Source: Nageia nagi
Taxonomy: Eukaryota; Plantae; Pinophyta
DNA length: 64,000 nucleotides
Assembly (NCBI GenBank): GCA_050084985.1
Contig: JBITNC010000002.1
Location: forward strand, 2,976,001 to 3,040,000
Direction of reading: 5' to 3'
Made by a program: the position numbers and the translations under genes. Under the pieces are notes generated by a model that searched no databases, was not told the DNA's origin, and was given only the letters and a program-made list of their open reading frames with translations. Shown one piece after another: positions 13,601-26,684 of the stretch (the first letter of the stretch is position 1; each line of letters begins with the position of its first letter).

Positions 13601-16600
13601 TTTTTTATGGCTTAAGGGCCAATTTTGATGTATATTTAGTCATGTGTGATGAATATTGTATGTATGATGGGATAGAATATGATGATGTATTTATTGTGAC
13701 ACATGATGTATGATTTAAATGGGTACTATATATGTTATAGATTATACTATGCAAACTTTTAGTATTTTGATGACATTTATATATTGTATAATGATTCTTA
13801 TATGCTTATGTGATGGATGATACTATTTATATATGATGATGATGCGATGCATATGCTATTAATGATGATGTTATTCCTAGATCAAAATGATGTTATGTGT
13901 TTATTATGATGTTCACTCATGGATGTACTTGTGCTTATTCTATTCATGCTTTATGGAATGTGTCAATATGTGAATTTAACAAACTAATATGGCACATACA
14001 CATGCTCATATAAATTGATAATAAATAAACATGTAATATATGAGTGTAAATGAATAAAATACATGTGACTAATATAATGAACATGGTAACAATATTAAAA
14101 TGAACATTGAATACAATGATTAACACATTGGGTATACAGAGTGATGTACACATCAAAACATACTAATGCTTAAGGAGGAATATAATGATTAACAAAGAGA
14201 CTTAATGATTTACACAAAGGCATACAATGATTAAGATAAATGTACACATGGTATTTCAATAATCAACAAAATAAATGTAAAATCCAAGTGCTTCTTAAAT
14301 AAAACAAACATTCCAATTATCTCCATCAAAAAATTTAAATGATAAATCAATTTTTTCAATGACTTGGAGCAATCCCTCAACATAAAATCATGTGCTCATA
14401 TAAGCGCAACAAGGTTCATTTCCTTCTCTAGATAGTTTTATATTAATTTCTCATAGGTGTGAAATAGGTAAGCTAGTTCATCCATGTGAAAAAACAAAGG
14501 TCAATAAAAAAGGTCATTAACCAAGATGAACATGTGGCCACTTGCAAGGGATGTCTCAGTTCCAATTAGGCATCTAGTAGCCTTGATGAGAATTATCCTT
14601 AATTTCAACTTCTTTGGATTATTTGAGTGTGATGGGAAAGAAGATAGATGATGAAATCTTTTAGGAAAAGGTGATCAAGACGAGAATCTTTTCTCATCGA
14701 GCTTCTTTCTTTTTAATTTTTTAGTTTTTTGAGATGTCTTTTTTTGGGATGGGATGGTGTTGGTACTGGGAATGATATCTCTTTCTCTATTTTTTTCTTG
14801 CATTGGAATTTGTTATTCTCTCATATCTATGGAATGGAAATTAAACAAATAATAGGATGAACAAAAATACATTTACTTGAAATCATGACTAGAAGAATGT
14901 CATCTTAGATCATGCTTAAGAGCAATTATGATGTGACATGTGTGTGGAGCCCATGATGAACTCAATTTATTGTGAGAATGATCATCAATATTCATATCTA
15001 TGATGGTGAATACCAAGTAAAAAAGGTTAATAAAGTAAATGAAAACCTTCATGTCATAAAAAACATAATGAATATAACATAGAATGATAAAAATGGACCA
15101 TGATGAGTGATAGAAACAAAGTAACTCAAACATGTGAAAATATTGCTACAAAATCATGAGGAACACATATAGGTGAAAATAAAAAAAAAATGTAACAAAA
15201 TAACAAACTCGACACATATACATTATTATAAAGTTATGTTATATTGATTTGGAGAGTAACAATTTTTCATCTCAAAAAGTGAGCAAACTAAGCACATTAT
15301 AAAATGATAATGTTTTGGGATAAAAATTTTGGGGCCAAATGATGAACTTTGATAGTGATTTAAAAAACATGGGAATCAAGCTTGATGAACTGATAGTTAA
15401 ACACAATTCTTTGCATTAAATTGTAAGTTTTGGATCATACGAATTGAGAATTGAAGATGATTTGATCATTTTTTGATGCCTATTTTATTTCTAGTTTGGA
15501 GTAGGCAAAAGTTAAAACAACATTCACTAAAGGGGTATCCCAAAATATTTGATCTTGTTTGAGCTTAGTTTGATCATAATATGAACTAAGAAAAATGATA
15601 CGAAGGTTCCACATAATTTTTTTTTTATCATCAATAGCACATAAAAATTGATTTAATGACATTTGGATTTAATTTGATATTTTTGATGATTTTATTTCAT
15701 TTGAAAATTTTCAAGGGTTATACTTTTAAGAACTCTCCCTTTGTGTAAAAAAAAAATGAAATTATCATTTCACTAATTTTTTGACACAATCAATACAATA
15801 TATATATAATGATGGGTAAGAATTGTTACAAACCAATAGAACTCATCAAAATGAGATGAACACAAATGATATATAACAAAACTAAATTCCCAAAGTAAGA
15901 TTTGTGAGTTTGTTTTGTAAGTGATTTGACCTAAAAATATTTTGAAAATTTTGGGTGATTATGAGTTTTTTGTATTTTTGGAGTTTGATGGTTTTTTTAT
16001 AGATTTCGATGATATTTGATTAATTAATTTTTTTGTTTAAAATCGATCAGTCGATCCTTTAATCGACTAGTTGATGTAGGTAAGCAAAGATCGGTAGTCT
16101 AGTCCAAGATCAATTGGTTGATCCTGACTACTAATAAGTTTTTGAAAACTTATACAAGATATGTATAGAGATAAGGCATGGAAATCATCAATTTTAAATT
16201 TCTAGTGTTGCATAGCTTCATCATCCTTGCAAAAAATATCATGAGAAAATAACTTGCATGCATTTAAATGATATAGTGTGAACTTCTTATGCAACACACA
16301 TAATTTATTGAGGGGGGAGGCAAAAGGATGCATGCTTCATGTTGTACCCAAGCTTGATTATTTCTCTTTTGATAGCTCTTAGCTTTGTCATTTCTTCTCC
16401 ACTCTTTATTCTATGTGTTAATCGTTCAAACACAGAAAATGTATACATGCGATACATTTGTATCATTTGGAAAATTTTGCAATAAATGTATTGGATATAT
16501 TATGATGATCACTATTGAATTGAGGATCAAAACGGAGGGAGATTATATCTAATTTTTTCATGGCTACAATGCATACTTTCCAAGGAATTGGTATTTACTG

Positions 16601-16689
16601 CCTGCTTTCCATGCCTATTTTCTATATTTTTTTGGATAACTATTAACAAAATATGCATAAAATTAGGATAAAATAAACATGAAAGGTGT

Positions 16690-17297
16690 GAAGGTAAGAG
16701 ATGCTAATTGGTTTAGGTTCCTCAATGCCTTCCATATTATCCAAATAATATGAATTATACCCTAATTTACGCTTGATAACAAAGGGGCTTAACTAGCTTG
16801 GGGCGAACTTGTGATGCAACTGATGCTCTTACTCTGATATTTGTTGATTCTCTTTGAGGACCAGGTCACAAACTCAAAATCTTTAATTGATAAACTTGTA
16901 AGTTCTTAAGGGAATTAACTAATGGTCATACATGAGCGTTATTTGATCTAAAGCTTGTCATGCAACTTCATTAATGATGAATTCTTTGAGAGGTCAAGGA
17001 TGAGATCTCAATATCAAGGGGAATGATAACTTCTGCACATAGAACAATAAGAAAGGTGTAACATCCATAGGACATGCTAATCTCATAGGAATGCTTGATG
17101 ATTTTAAGCAAGATTTTGCATATGGTTTTATTCTTAACCTTAGCTTGATAATTTCTTTATAGAAAATAAGGGGTAGGAAATCACAAATTTCTTGAAGAGT
17201 CATTATGAGTAGTATGTTTAGAAATAAATATGCCAATTTGATGCCCAACAACTCCTTTGAATCTAGCTAATCTCATGAAAATATTACCCCAACTAAT
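16690..17297 (-). pseudogene. Highly decayed Gypsy (Tat/Ogre-like) integrase fragment
   Basis: Minus-strand translation across frameshifts gives PTPYFL*RNYQAKVKNKTICKILLKII, VTPFLLFY.AEVIIPLDIEISSL, DLVLKENQ and KFAPS*LSPFVIKRKLGYNSYYLDNMEGIEEP. These match the integrase core and C-terminal motifs of Tat/Ogre elements (STPYYPQGNGQAE, TPFSLVYG.EA..P.E, KFAPNW.GP). Confidence 0.75.
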
Positions 17298-20200
17298 TGA
17301 GAGAGTTTAACTATAAACTAAACAACTCTAGACTCCCAAAATCACATGAAAGCTCACAAGTAACATCTAAATAACTCAAAAAGCAATCTCACAAAGTAAA
17401 CTCAAGATATAAGTGGTTCCTCCAACTAGGAGTACATCCACTAACTAGATCTCACTTCTTAACAAATATGAACTCTTACAATCCTCCTAAACTTTTCTCC
17501 TAAAAACTATCTTATAGCATAGCTTTACTCCACAAATTGGTGTGTGATCACAAAGAGGGAGCCTTCTATTTATAGGTAAAAATCCCTCATTGGATCACCC
17601 TTTTATCCAAAGTGCAAAAGCATGACATGCACATCCTTTTACCCAAGGGGCATGCTCATGACATAGAGTGTAGGGTAAGTTACATTATCATATTCAATTA
17701 AATACTTAAGATATCAAATGATACCCTTAAGTATTAGTGAACTTACATAGAATATTATTACATAACCTTTACAATAATGCATTATACATTCCAACATTCC
17801 CCCTTAACACAATATTGGGATAGAACGAATAAGAGAGAAAGTAAGAGAGTTCTCCTCCAAACAGATACAACAGAGATGATAACTTTTTACATATTTGTGA
17901 AGTAAGAAAGATCTAGTTTAAGACTCACTATTTTGCCAAATACTATCATTAATCACAACTGGTTTCAATGTACATGAAGTAGTCATCCAACTGGAAGTCA
18001 TGAAGAGTCTCCAAGAGCCTACATACCTAAAGTTAGTAACCTGCAATCTCAAAGGAACCTACAAGTCATAAGGAGCTCAAATAACAAGATTAGTTAGATG
18101 CAACATATTCATATCAACAAGGATAGATGAATCACTCAAATGCCATCATGAACTGATTAATGTTGCACTATTAAGCCATCACGAAGATGCCAAGCCAAAA
18201 TTCATAATCACCTATTGTATATAAAATATGTGTTGATTATCATTACAAAATATAGCATGCACATACAAGTTACTCACATATGGATAACTAAATAGTGCCA
18301 AAAGACACATAAGAGTTTTTGCTCTAAAAATTTGTACAAGTTTCTCATGCAAAGCGAACTTACCACAAAGGTGTACAACAAAATCAACACTATACAGTAC
18401 AAAATCCTCTTAGGCGTGAAGTTGTCATCACAAACATGAATTCAATATAAGAATTCAAACTTCACTTCCCCTTGAGGGCAACTTCACCAACCTAATAACA
18501 TCCCTAAGCTTACAGAACTGAGCTTTCGAGAGGGGCTTGGTGAACAAATCAGTGAAGTTCAAGGTGGATGGACAATACTTTAGGTGTATGATGCCATCAA
18601 GAACCTTCTCCCTAAGATTTGCACATGTTTTGTTCTCTGATGGAACATAGGATTCTTAGCCAAAGAAATAGCCAACTGATTGTTTGAAGAAATCAAAGAT
18701 AAGCCACCTTGCTTATACTCAATTTCTTTTATAAGATACCTTAGCCAAATAGCTTCCTGGACTGCAATAGACATAGCATGATATTCAACTTCTATGGTGG
18801 AAAGAGAAATAGTAGGTTGCTTCTTAGAAGCCCAAGATATAGCATCTGAACCAATGCTAAACACATATGCAAAGGTTGATTTATTATCATCTCTATCTCC
18901 CCCATAGTTAGAATCTAAGAATCTAAAGAGAACAAACAAGGGTAACTTAGAATAATTGAAAGCAAGATCCTTAGTCCTTGCAACATACCTCAAGCTTTGT
19001 TTAACAACATTGAGATGCTCTACATATGGTTTCTGCATGAATCAAGCCATTTGATTCACTGCAAAGGCAATATCTAGCTTGGAAATAGTCAAATACAAAA
19101 GATTACCAATTAATTATCTGTAAGCTATAGCATTAGCTAATAGAGAGTTGGATCTCAAAGAAATAATGATTCTAGGAGAAACTAAGATCACAACATATCT
19201 ATAATATTCCATTTGAAACTTCTGCATGATGTCTAATATATACTTAGATTGATCGAGATAAGTACAATCCTTGTATTGATACACTTGCATTCCAAGATAG
19301 TAGTGCAAGAGACCAAGATCAGTCATTTCAAACGTTATGTGAAGTTTGGATATGCACTCTTGATTGATTTCATCATTATTCTCAGTTATCAGAAGATCAT
19401 CTACATAAAGGAGAATCAAGACCACATCTTTCACCTGATTGAGCACATATAGATCGGAGTCAGAAAAACACTTCAAGAAAATAGTTTTTGCAAAATACCT
19501 TAAAATTTTCTTATACCAAGCTCTAGGTGCTTACTTAAGTCCATATAATGACTTCTTTAACTTACACATAAAAGACTCTTTGCCTTCTATAATGAACCCT
19601 TCTGATTGATTCATAAAGATTTCCAAATCTAAGTCACCATTGAGAAATGCACTCTTGACATCAATTTGAAAAACTTTCCATCCTTGAGCTATAGAAAAAG
19701 TAAGGATAATTCTCATAGTAGGCATCTTTTGAGCAAAACCTTTGGCTACTAACTTTGCCTTGTATTTCTCAATATATCCAACAGAATTGAACTTGACCTT
19801 GTAGATCCACTTATTACCAATCACATTCTTCTCATTGGGATAAGGAACAAATCCCAAGTTTCATTTTTCATAAGTGCCTCATACTCCACTTTCATGGCTT
19901 CCATCCAGCACTCATGCTTAGAAGCTTATTTGAAGGTTGAGGGCTCATGCTTGTTATCAATCTTGAGAAATAAGAATTTGTTCAAGGTCATGCTCCTTAT
20001 TACCCTTTGAGTTGGAGAGATTTGATCTTGAGGTGACTTGTCTACATCAATATCTAACAAGCTAGATGCAATTGAAGAGTCCTCTGGATCATTAACATCT
20101 TCATTAGAAGCAAATTCTTTAGGAAGTTCATTGAACTTTACATCCCTAGAAACAAACATAGCTTTGAAGGATGGAGAGTAGAGCCTTGAGCCTCTATGCT

Positions 20201-22979
20201 GACTAGCATAACCCATAAAGATGCACTTTTCAAATCTTTTGTCCAACTTTTTCCTTTTCTCAAAAATTATGTAGGAGAATGATTCACAACCAAACACTCT
20301 AAGGTGAGAAATGTTAGGTTTTCTTCTTGAACATGCCTCAAAAGGAGTTTTACCTGAATGACTTTTGTAAGACACCTATTTAAGGTTTAAATAGCAGTGC
20401 TCGCAACTTCACCCTAGAAGAAACTAGAAAGATTACCCAACATGCATCTAGCCATTTCCATAATTATTTTATTTTTTCTTTCAGCAAAACCATTTTGCTA
20501 ATGAGTGTAAAGAATCATAAATTGCCTTTTGATTCCATACTTAGCATAATAGTCATTGAAATCATTGCTATTGTATTCTCTCCCATTATATGATCTCAAC
20601 ATCTTGATTTTAAGGTTAGTATGATTCTCAACAAAGGACTTAAAAAACCTTAAAACTCTCAAAGGTTTGATCTTTGTGCTCAAGTAGATACCCAAAGGTC
20701 ATTCTACTAAAGTCATCAATGAAGGTCAAGATGTAAGATGTTCTTCCAAGCAACTTAGTCTGAAATAGACCCATCAAATTTGAATGCACAAGTTGAAGAG
20801 GTTGAGATGCTCTAGTTGCTTTATCTTTTTTTCAAACTTTTGTCTATGCATCTTGCCAAGAATGCACTTCTTGCATAAACTAATGGAAGGATAAATTGAA
20901 GATAAACCTTCCACAAGTTCTTGGTCTTTCATAACTTAATACTCTTATGGTTAAGGTGTCCTAAATGTTGGTGCCAAAGATTGCCTTTAGAACACACACT
21001 TGAAGCAAGACACATATTTGATAGAACTTAATCCACAATGTAGAGGTTATCTTTCATTGATCCTTTAACCAAAGTGGCAAGTCCTTTCTTAATGCATCAG
21101 GATTAAAAGTCGAACTCAAAAGAGTACCTTTTTCTAGCAACTTGGATCATAGAGAGAAGGTTCATGCTAAGCTTAGGAACATAGAGAATGTTATCAAGAA
21201 CCTTTCCATGAATCAACACACTCCTAATTCCTTGGACTTCAAGGGTAGACTTATCACCTTTTACAACTACATCTTTTCTATACTTGTGAAAGTTATCAAA
21301 CTTATCCTTTTCAAAGCATAGGTGATTAGTGTAACCAGAGTCAATAATCTAATCAAATGAAAAAGTGCAATACATGGAGTAGAGCGTTATAGTTAAACCA
21401 ACTTGAATATTTTTCTTTCCTTTGAAGTTATTTACATTTCCATTACCTTTGTTCTTTTCCTCTCTTTTATTTTTGTAGCAATCAACTTCTTTGTGACCTT
21501 GGATACCATAATAGTTACAATTACCATAAAACTTTTTCTTAGAATATGGATTGTTTTCTTTGCCTTTTTCATCTCTTTGCTTGAAGTGGTTATTGTTGTC
21601 ATTATTCCTATTGCTATTGTTATTGTTGCCATTGTTCCTATTGATATTATTGCCATTATTCCTATTGTTATTGCTACCATTGCCTCTTTTCTCAAACCTT
21701 TTGGAGGAAGAAGGATAAGGTTTTTTTGATGGTTGAACTTCTTCTTAAAAGGAGTTTTGTTGCTCCAAGAGCAACATTATTATCCTTAGAAGAAGAAATC
21801 AACACCTTTTTGTTAAGGGTTTTCTCATGCTTCAAAATAAGCCTAGAAAGGTTCTCAAGGGAGAAGACTTCTTCTTCATCATCAAGCTTTGTTTCCATAA
21901 CCATCATAAAGTTTTCAAACTTTGAAAACAGGCTTTGAAAAATAATCAAGACCATGAACTCATCATTGATCCAATTGCACCCACAAGCAATAAGTTGGGT
22001 CTTTATGTCAATGATTTTATTCAAGTAGATAGCCACATTTTCATCTTCCCCTTGACAAGATTGAAGTAGCTTTTGGAGAATGGTAAACCTTCTTGAAAAC
22101 TTTGAACCAAGGTATATTTGCTTAAGCTTATCTCAAGCTTGCTTTGCTGAGGTTGAAGAGGAAATCATTAGGAGCACATCATCTAAAATTGCATGGAAGA
22201 TCATGGAGGTTGCCAACTCATTCTTCGTGTTGTAAGCCTCTAGTGCCTTCTCATTTATAGGAGGTATAATGTTCTCATTCACTATTTTCCAAAGTTTCCT
22301 TTTCTACAACTTAGCTCTCATCTGAGGTTCCCAAATCCCAAATTTGGGACCATCAAGAATGTGTTTGGGTGAAAAGGAGTCTCCCATTTGCTTAACAAAG
22401 AAGTGTAGGGTGAGGAATGAAGACCTCCAATATGAAAAGCTTCCACACTAAGAAGAAGAGCTTCCACTAAGCTCTGATATCAATTGAGAGAGTTGAACTA
22501 TAAACTAAACAACTCTAAACTTCCAAGATCATATGAAAGCTCACAAGTAACATCTAACTAACTCACAAAACAATCTCACAAAGATAACTCAAGATGTAAG
22601 TGATTCCTCCAACTAGGAGTACATCCACTAACTAGATCTCACTTAACAAATATGAAATCTTACAATCCTCCTAAACTTTTCTTCTAAACATTAGCATGTA
22701 GCATAGCTTTACTCCATAAATTGATGTGTGATCACAAGAGAGAGCCTTCTATTTATAGGCAAAAATCCCTCTTTGGATCACCCTTTTATCCAAAGTGCAA
22801 AAGCATGACATGCACATCCTTTTACCCAAGGGGCATGCTCATGACATGGAGTGTAGGACAAGTTACATTATCATATTCACTAAAATACTTAAGGTATCAA
22901 ATGATACCCTTAAGTATCAGTGAATTTACATAGAATATTATTACATAACCTTTACAATAATGCATTATACATTCCAACA
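17298..22979 (-). mobile_element. Full-length Ty1/Copia LTR retrotransposon (decayed)
   Basis: LTRs at 17298-17796 and 22485-22979 (TG...CA). TSD CTAAT at 17293-17297 and 22980-22984. PBS (iMet, one mismatch) at 22471-22482. PPT at 17797-17807. Domain order is gag-PR-INT-RT-RH. Confidence 0.97.
18490..22387 (-). pseudogene. Copia gag-pol polyprotein, frameshifted and with stops
   Basis: Contains gag with an Asn-rich linker and a degenerate Zn knuckle, protease IIDSGYTNHL, integrase HLRVFGC, RT QIDVKSAFLNGDL and LLYVDDLL, and RNase H ISWASKKQ...NPMFHQRTKHV. Confidence 0.95.
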
Positions 22980-23428
22980 CTAATAAATCAAAGGTATGAT
23001 TTCATATTACCTTATTCTATTTCAATCTGTTTAGCTTGTATCTCCAATAATTTGTGTTGTGGGCCTCCTTTTTACAGTTAAAAGGAGCCCACTTGGCCCA
23101 AAAGGTAAACCGATGTCATTAACCAAGAGTGAAAATCCATGAGAATGAAGAATGATAATGTTATACCACAACCAAATCTGTAATAATGATACATGAATTA
23201 TTTTCTTTTCCTCTTTGCTAGTAAAGAAGAAAATATTATGATATAATTATCCTATTATGGTTGATCCCATACATAACACTCTTGCTTTGGAATACTATAT
23301 TTGATGATGTGTGCCATGCCATTAGGAAACGTCTCATTACTCTTATTTCGATAAATAATAGACAACAAGATAACGATCAACATTAAAAGAATACATGAAT
23401 CCCTCAAGAGGAATTGCACATGTAATAA

Positions 23429-24777
23429 TGGAAAGTCCCCATTTTTACTGAAATTGTAAATAATGTTAAATTTTATCTAAGTGTTGGATGTTTGTCCTCT
23501 ATAAGGAGATAGTAATGTTTTAGGGTGTTTAGATGTAGTTTATTGTGTTTAGAAGGTGTTGTTATGTCATATTTTAAATAAAGTGTGTTAGGGGTGTTAG
23601 CTAAATGTTTAGAAGTATTTTTAAATAAAAAAAATAAAAGATTCCAATTTAACATGTGTTTAAAAGGTTCTTAAGTGGATGTGGGACTTCCTCATGTTTA
23701 AGAGGATCTAAAGGTAATATTTTCACCCAAAAGAGGGGAATTGCATCTTGTGGTTGAGATTTAATCTCCAATTAGGGTTACTTGTCTATATATGTTATTA
23801 TGATTTTGTTTGCAATGACATCTTGGATCATTTTCATTATCTTGGAGATTATTGTGGAATCAATATCTTTTCCTTCTATGGAAGATGAGATGCAAAAGTG
23901 GACACCTTAGAAGAAGGCAAACCTCTTGGTAGTAAACTTAAGGAAGACCATCCTTGAGTTTTAGGGGTAAATCCATTTAGGGTTTACATTTGTGCTTTCA
24001 TTATGGAGTTTCAGTTTTAGATCTAACGGAGTCAACTCTATAAGAGAGGGAAACCCTAGAGGACTAAAACCCTCTAAAGGCTTGAGGAATAAAATTGTTG
24101 AGCTTTCCTTTTGTGGTGGGTCCAACTCAGGTTAACAATTATGAATCATTTTTTAGAAGAAGATATTTTTTACATTCAGATATAAAGGTGGAAAGATCAT
24201 GGACAACTTTATGCTTTAGATCTAAGGGAGACATCCAACTTGTCTTTGAGCAAATCTATTTTAGATTTCAGGGTTTCAACCTAACAAAGAACTAAATGTC
24301 CAAGTTTTAAGGTTGTTTTTGAGCATCTTTAATCCAAATTTGGCATCAAGAGGGGGATATCGAGCCTGGGTACATTGTTTTGCATTCAAATTTGAGATCT
24401 CAATCCCCATTTATAACATCCAGACCTAGAAGCAATATTTGTTGTTTTGTAGAATGTTTTGTTATCTATTAAGTGCATAATATCATATTTATTTTGATAT
24501 GAATTTGTATTGAAAAAACTCCATATCAATAAAGATGATATTGTCTTTGATTTGCAAATTTATTTGCTAAATAGATAGGGTTTTTCTATAAAAATTGAAA
24601 CCAAATTTTTAGGATTTTGATATTGTCATATTTTTGGCTATTTCTGGTTGGGTTTACTACAAACAACCAAATAGAAACCACACTTCTCATGGTTGTATTA
24701 TGTTAATATTGTTAAGTATCATGCCAACTTTACTCCCTTTTTGATGTATTTGGCTCTAAATACACTAGCTTATAACA
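23429..24777 (+). mobile_element. Probable old solo LTR
   Basis: Starts tggaaagtccccattttt, like the family A LTR start tgtaagtccccattttt, and ends ...ttataaCA. It shares internal motifs with the solo LTR at 29423. The TSD is only approximate (ataat/atcat). Confidence 0.4.
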
Positions 24778-24976
24778 ATCATATTGTCATGATACAATAA
24801 AAATCCTCCTAGATAAATGCCATCTCTCAAGTAGGTAAGTGAAATGCACTTATATCAAGATTCCATCTCTCAACCAATTAAATCAACTAGGAATAATTTG
24901 GAATTAAACATGCCATTTGTAACATTGGAAACAAAGAAATAATCTCCAAAATACCAATTGCATCAAGAGTCAACTC

Positions 24977-25211
24977 ATATCAAAGCATGGTTTAAATAAT
25001 AGTAATTTGTATGCTTGCATGGAAAATCAATAACCACATCCATAAAACATATAACAAATGGAAATAGGTTTTTTAGTGCACTTTGGGCCCCCTCATATCA
25101 ATGCATAGCCTCAATAATAGTAATTTGTACGTTTGCATGGAAAATCAATACCCAAATCCATAAAAAATATAGTGAATGGAAATAGGTTTTTTAGTGGACT
25201 TTAGGCCCCCT
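24977..25211. repeat. Tandem duplication, 2 x ~117 bp
   Basis: aataatagtaatttgta.g.ttgcatggaaaatcaata...tggaaataggttttttagtg.actt..ggcccc occurs twice in tandem with substitutions. Confidence 0.9.
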
Positions 25212-26684
25212 TAGGCATTTTGTACATTTAGTCTTAGAATGAAGGTTTTTTAGGCTTCACAATCTAAGTCGTTAACATTCTAGGTTATACAACCTAGAAC
25301 ATGAGCAATTTAGGGTCCATTACAAAGTAATGCACAAGCTCCAAAATTCACACTAAAATGTGTTGTTCTGTTTAACCCTTTCTATGTAACAAAAGTAATT
25401 TTTTTTAGGAAAAATGATCCTAAAACAATATAAATAATTTCTAAAACCCTAACTAAAAATACAAAAAAATCAACTTAAAGCACAATCTCTTGGCAATCCT
25501 CAAATAAGATCATCTTTCCTCTTTAATATGATAATTATATTTTGTCCCATATTAGTAGCTATACATTTCTCTCTCAAAGTTGATGAATATTGTTATAATA
25601 AGAAGAAAATAAAACCTCTAAGTAATCCATGAAATTCAACAATATTAGGTATGTGCCACACTCCTATATCTATTCTACACTCTCCTTTCTCTCTATAAGT
25701 TTATTTCGCAAATGAATGCTTAGTCCTTTTTTATCTTCCCTTTTTATAAAATTTTCTTGGATGATATTTTAGATATTTAATATATCTTTTAATTAGTTTA
25801 TGAGCTTCAACATTAAAATCTACAGTTTTGAGAATGAATTTCAGAAGTAGAACATGTTGCGAGCATCTTTAGCTTATCATATACAAATTTTGCACCTAAG
25901 TTCCAAAATGCCAGCATTATGAATTTTAATTTTTCATAGTTCCATCTCAATTTATGTTATGTATTGCAACCAAAACTCATCATCAGTTTTATGCATGATC
26001 ATTTTTATATTGTACTAATAATTTTGGATTTACATTTTGTCAAAAAGCACTTCAATCTTGTAGGATTATCAACTAGAACATGATGAGGGAAACTTAAAAT
26101 CATCTAGCAATAATATCAATTTTATTATATAAATTATAATTTGATTTATGAAATACCATGAATTATCATACTCTAAACTAATCGAGCAAGTTTGCATCTC
26201 ATCATGAATATCAACATTTGATACGGTGAGATAATTTCAATTGATATCAATTTTTTGTCTCTTTTTGTAATATAGGTCTTCACATGGAACACAAAGTAAA
26301 AGGAGCAACAAATACCATTCACTGTGCTTTGAAAGAACATGCTCATCCAAGCTTTGGCCTATCCTTTTCAACCCTTGGGATAAGGATAGATCTAAAACTA
26401 TATAATGACAAGTTTGATCATTATGTGTTTTTTAAAATCCAATTTCTTTTTCCCTAACACCTTCTTATAGAATTTTAGCAAGGGAGATTACAAAAAACTT
26501 TATCAATATCTATATCCCTAATATTTTGGGGCATGTGATTTCAAATTCCTTCCTTCAACCAACATCCCTAAAAAGGCTAAATTGTAAACACTTTAATTTA
26601 CATTTGAGTTTTGTAAATGATTTTATTTAAGTGTTTTATTTGATTTATGTAATATGTCAATTTTGGGACTACTTAAGGCTATTT

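Noticed and set aside
15300-16140. Possible DNA-transposon end with clustered atcga/gatc motifs
   Set aside because: No matching terminal inverted repeat, TSD or transposase was found.
21403-21729. Hydrophobic membrane-protein-like ORF (env-like)
   Set aside because: It is the antisense reading of the Asn-rich AAT/AAC linker in Copia gag.
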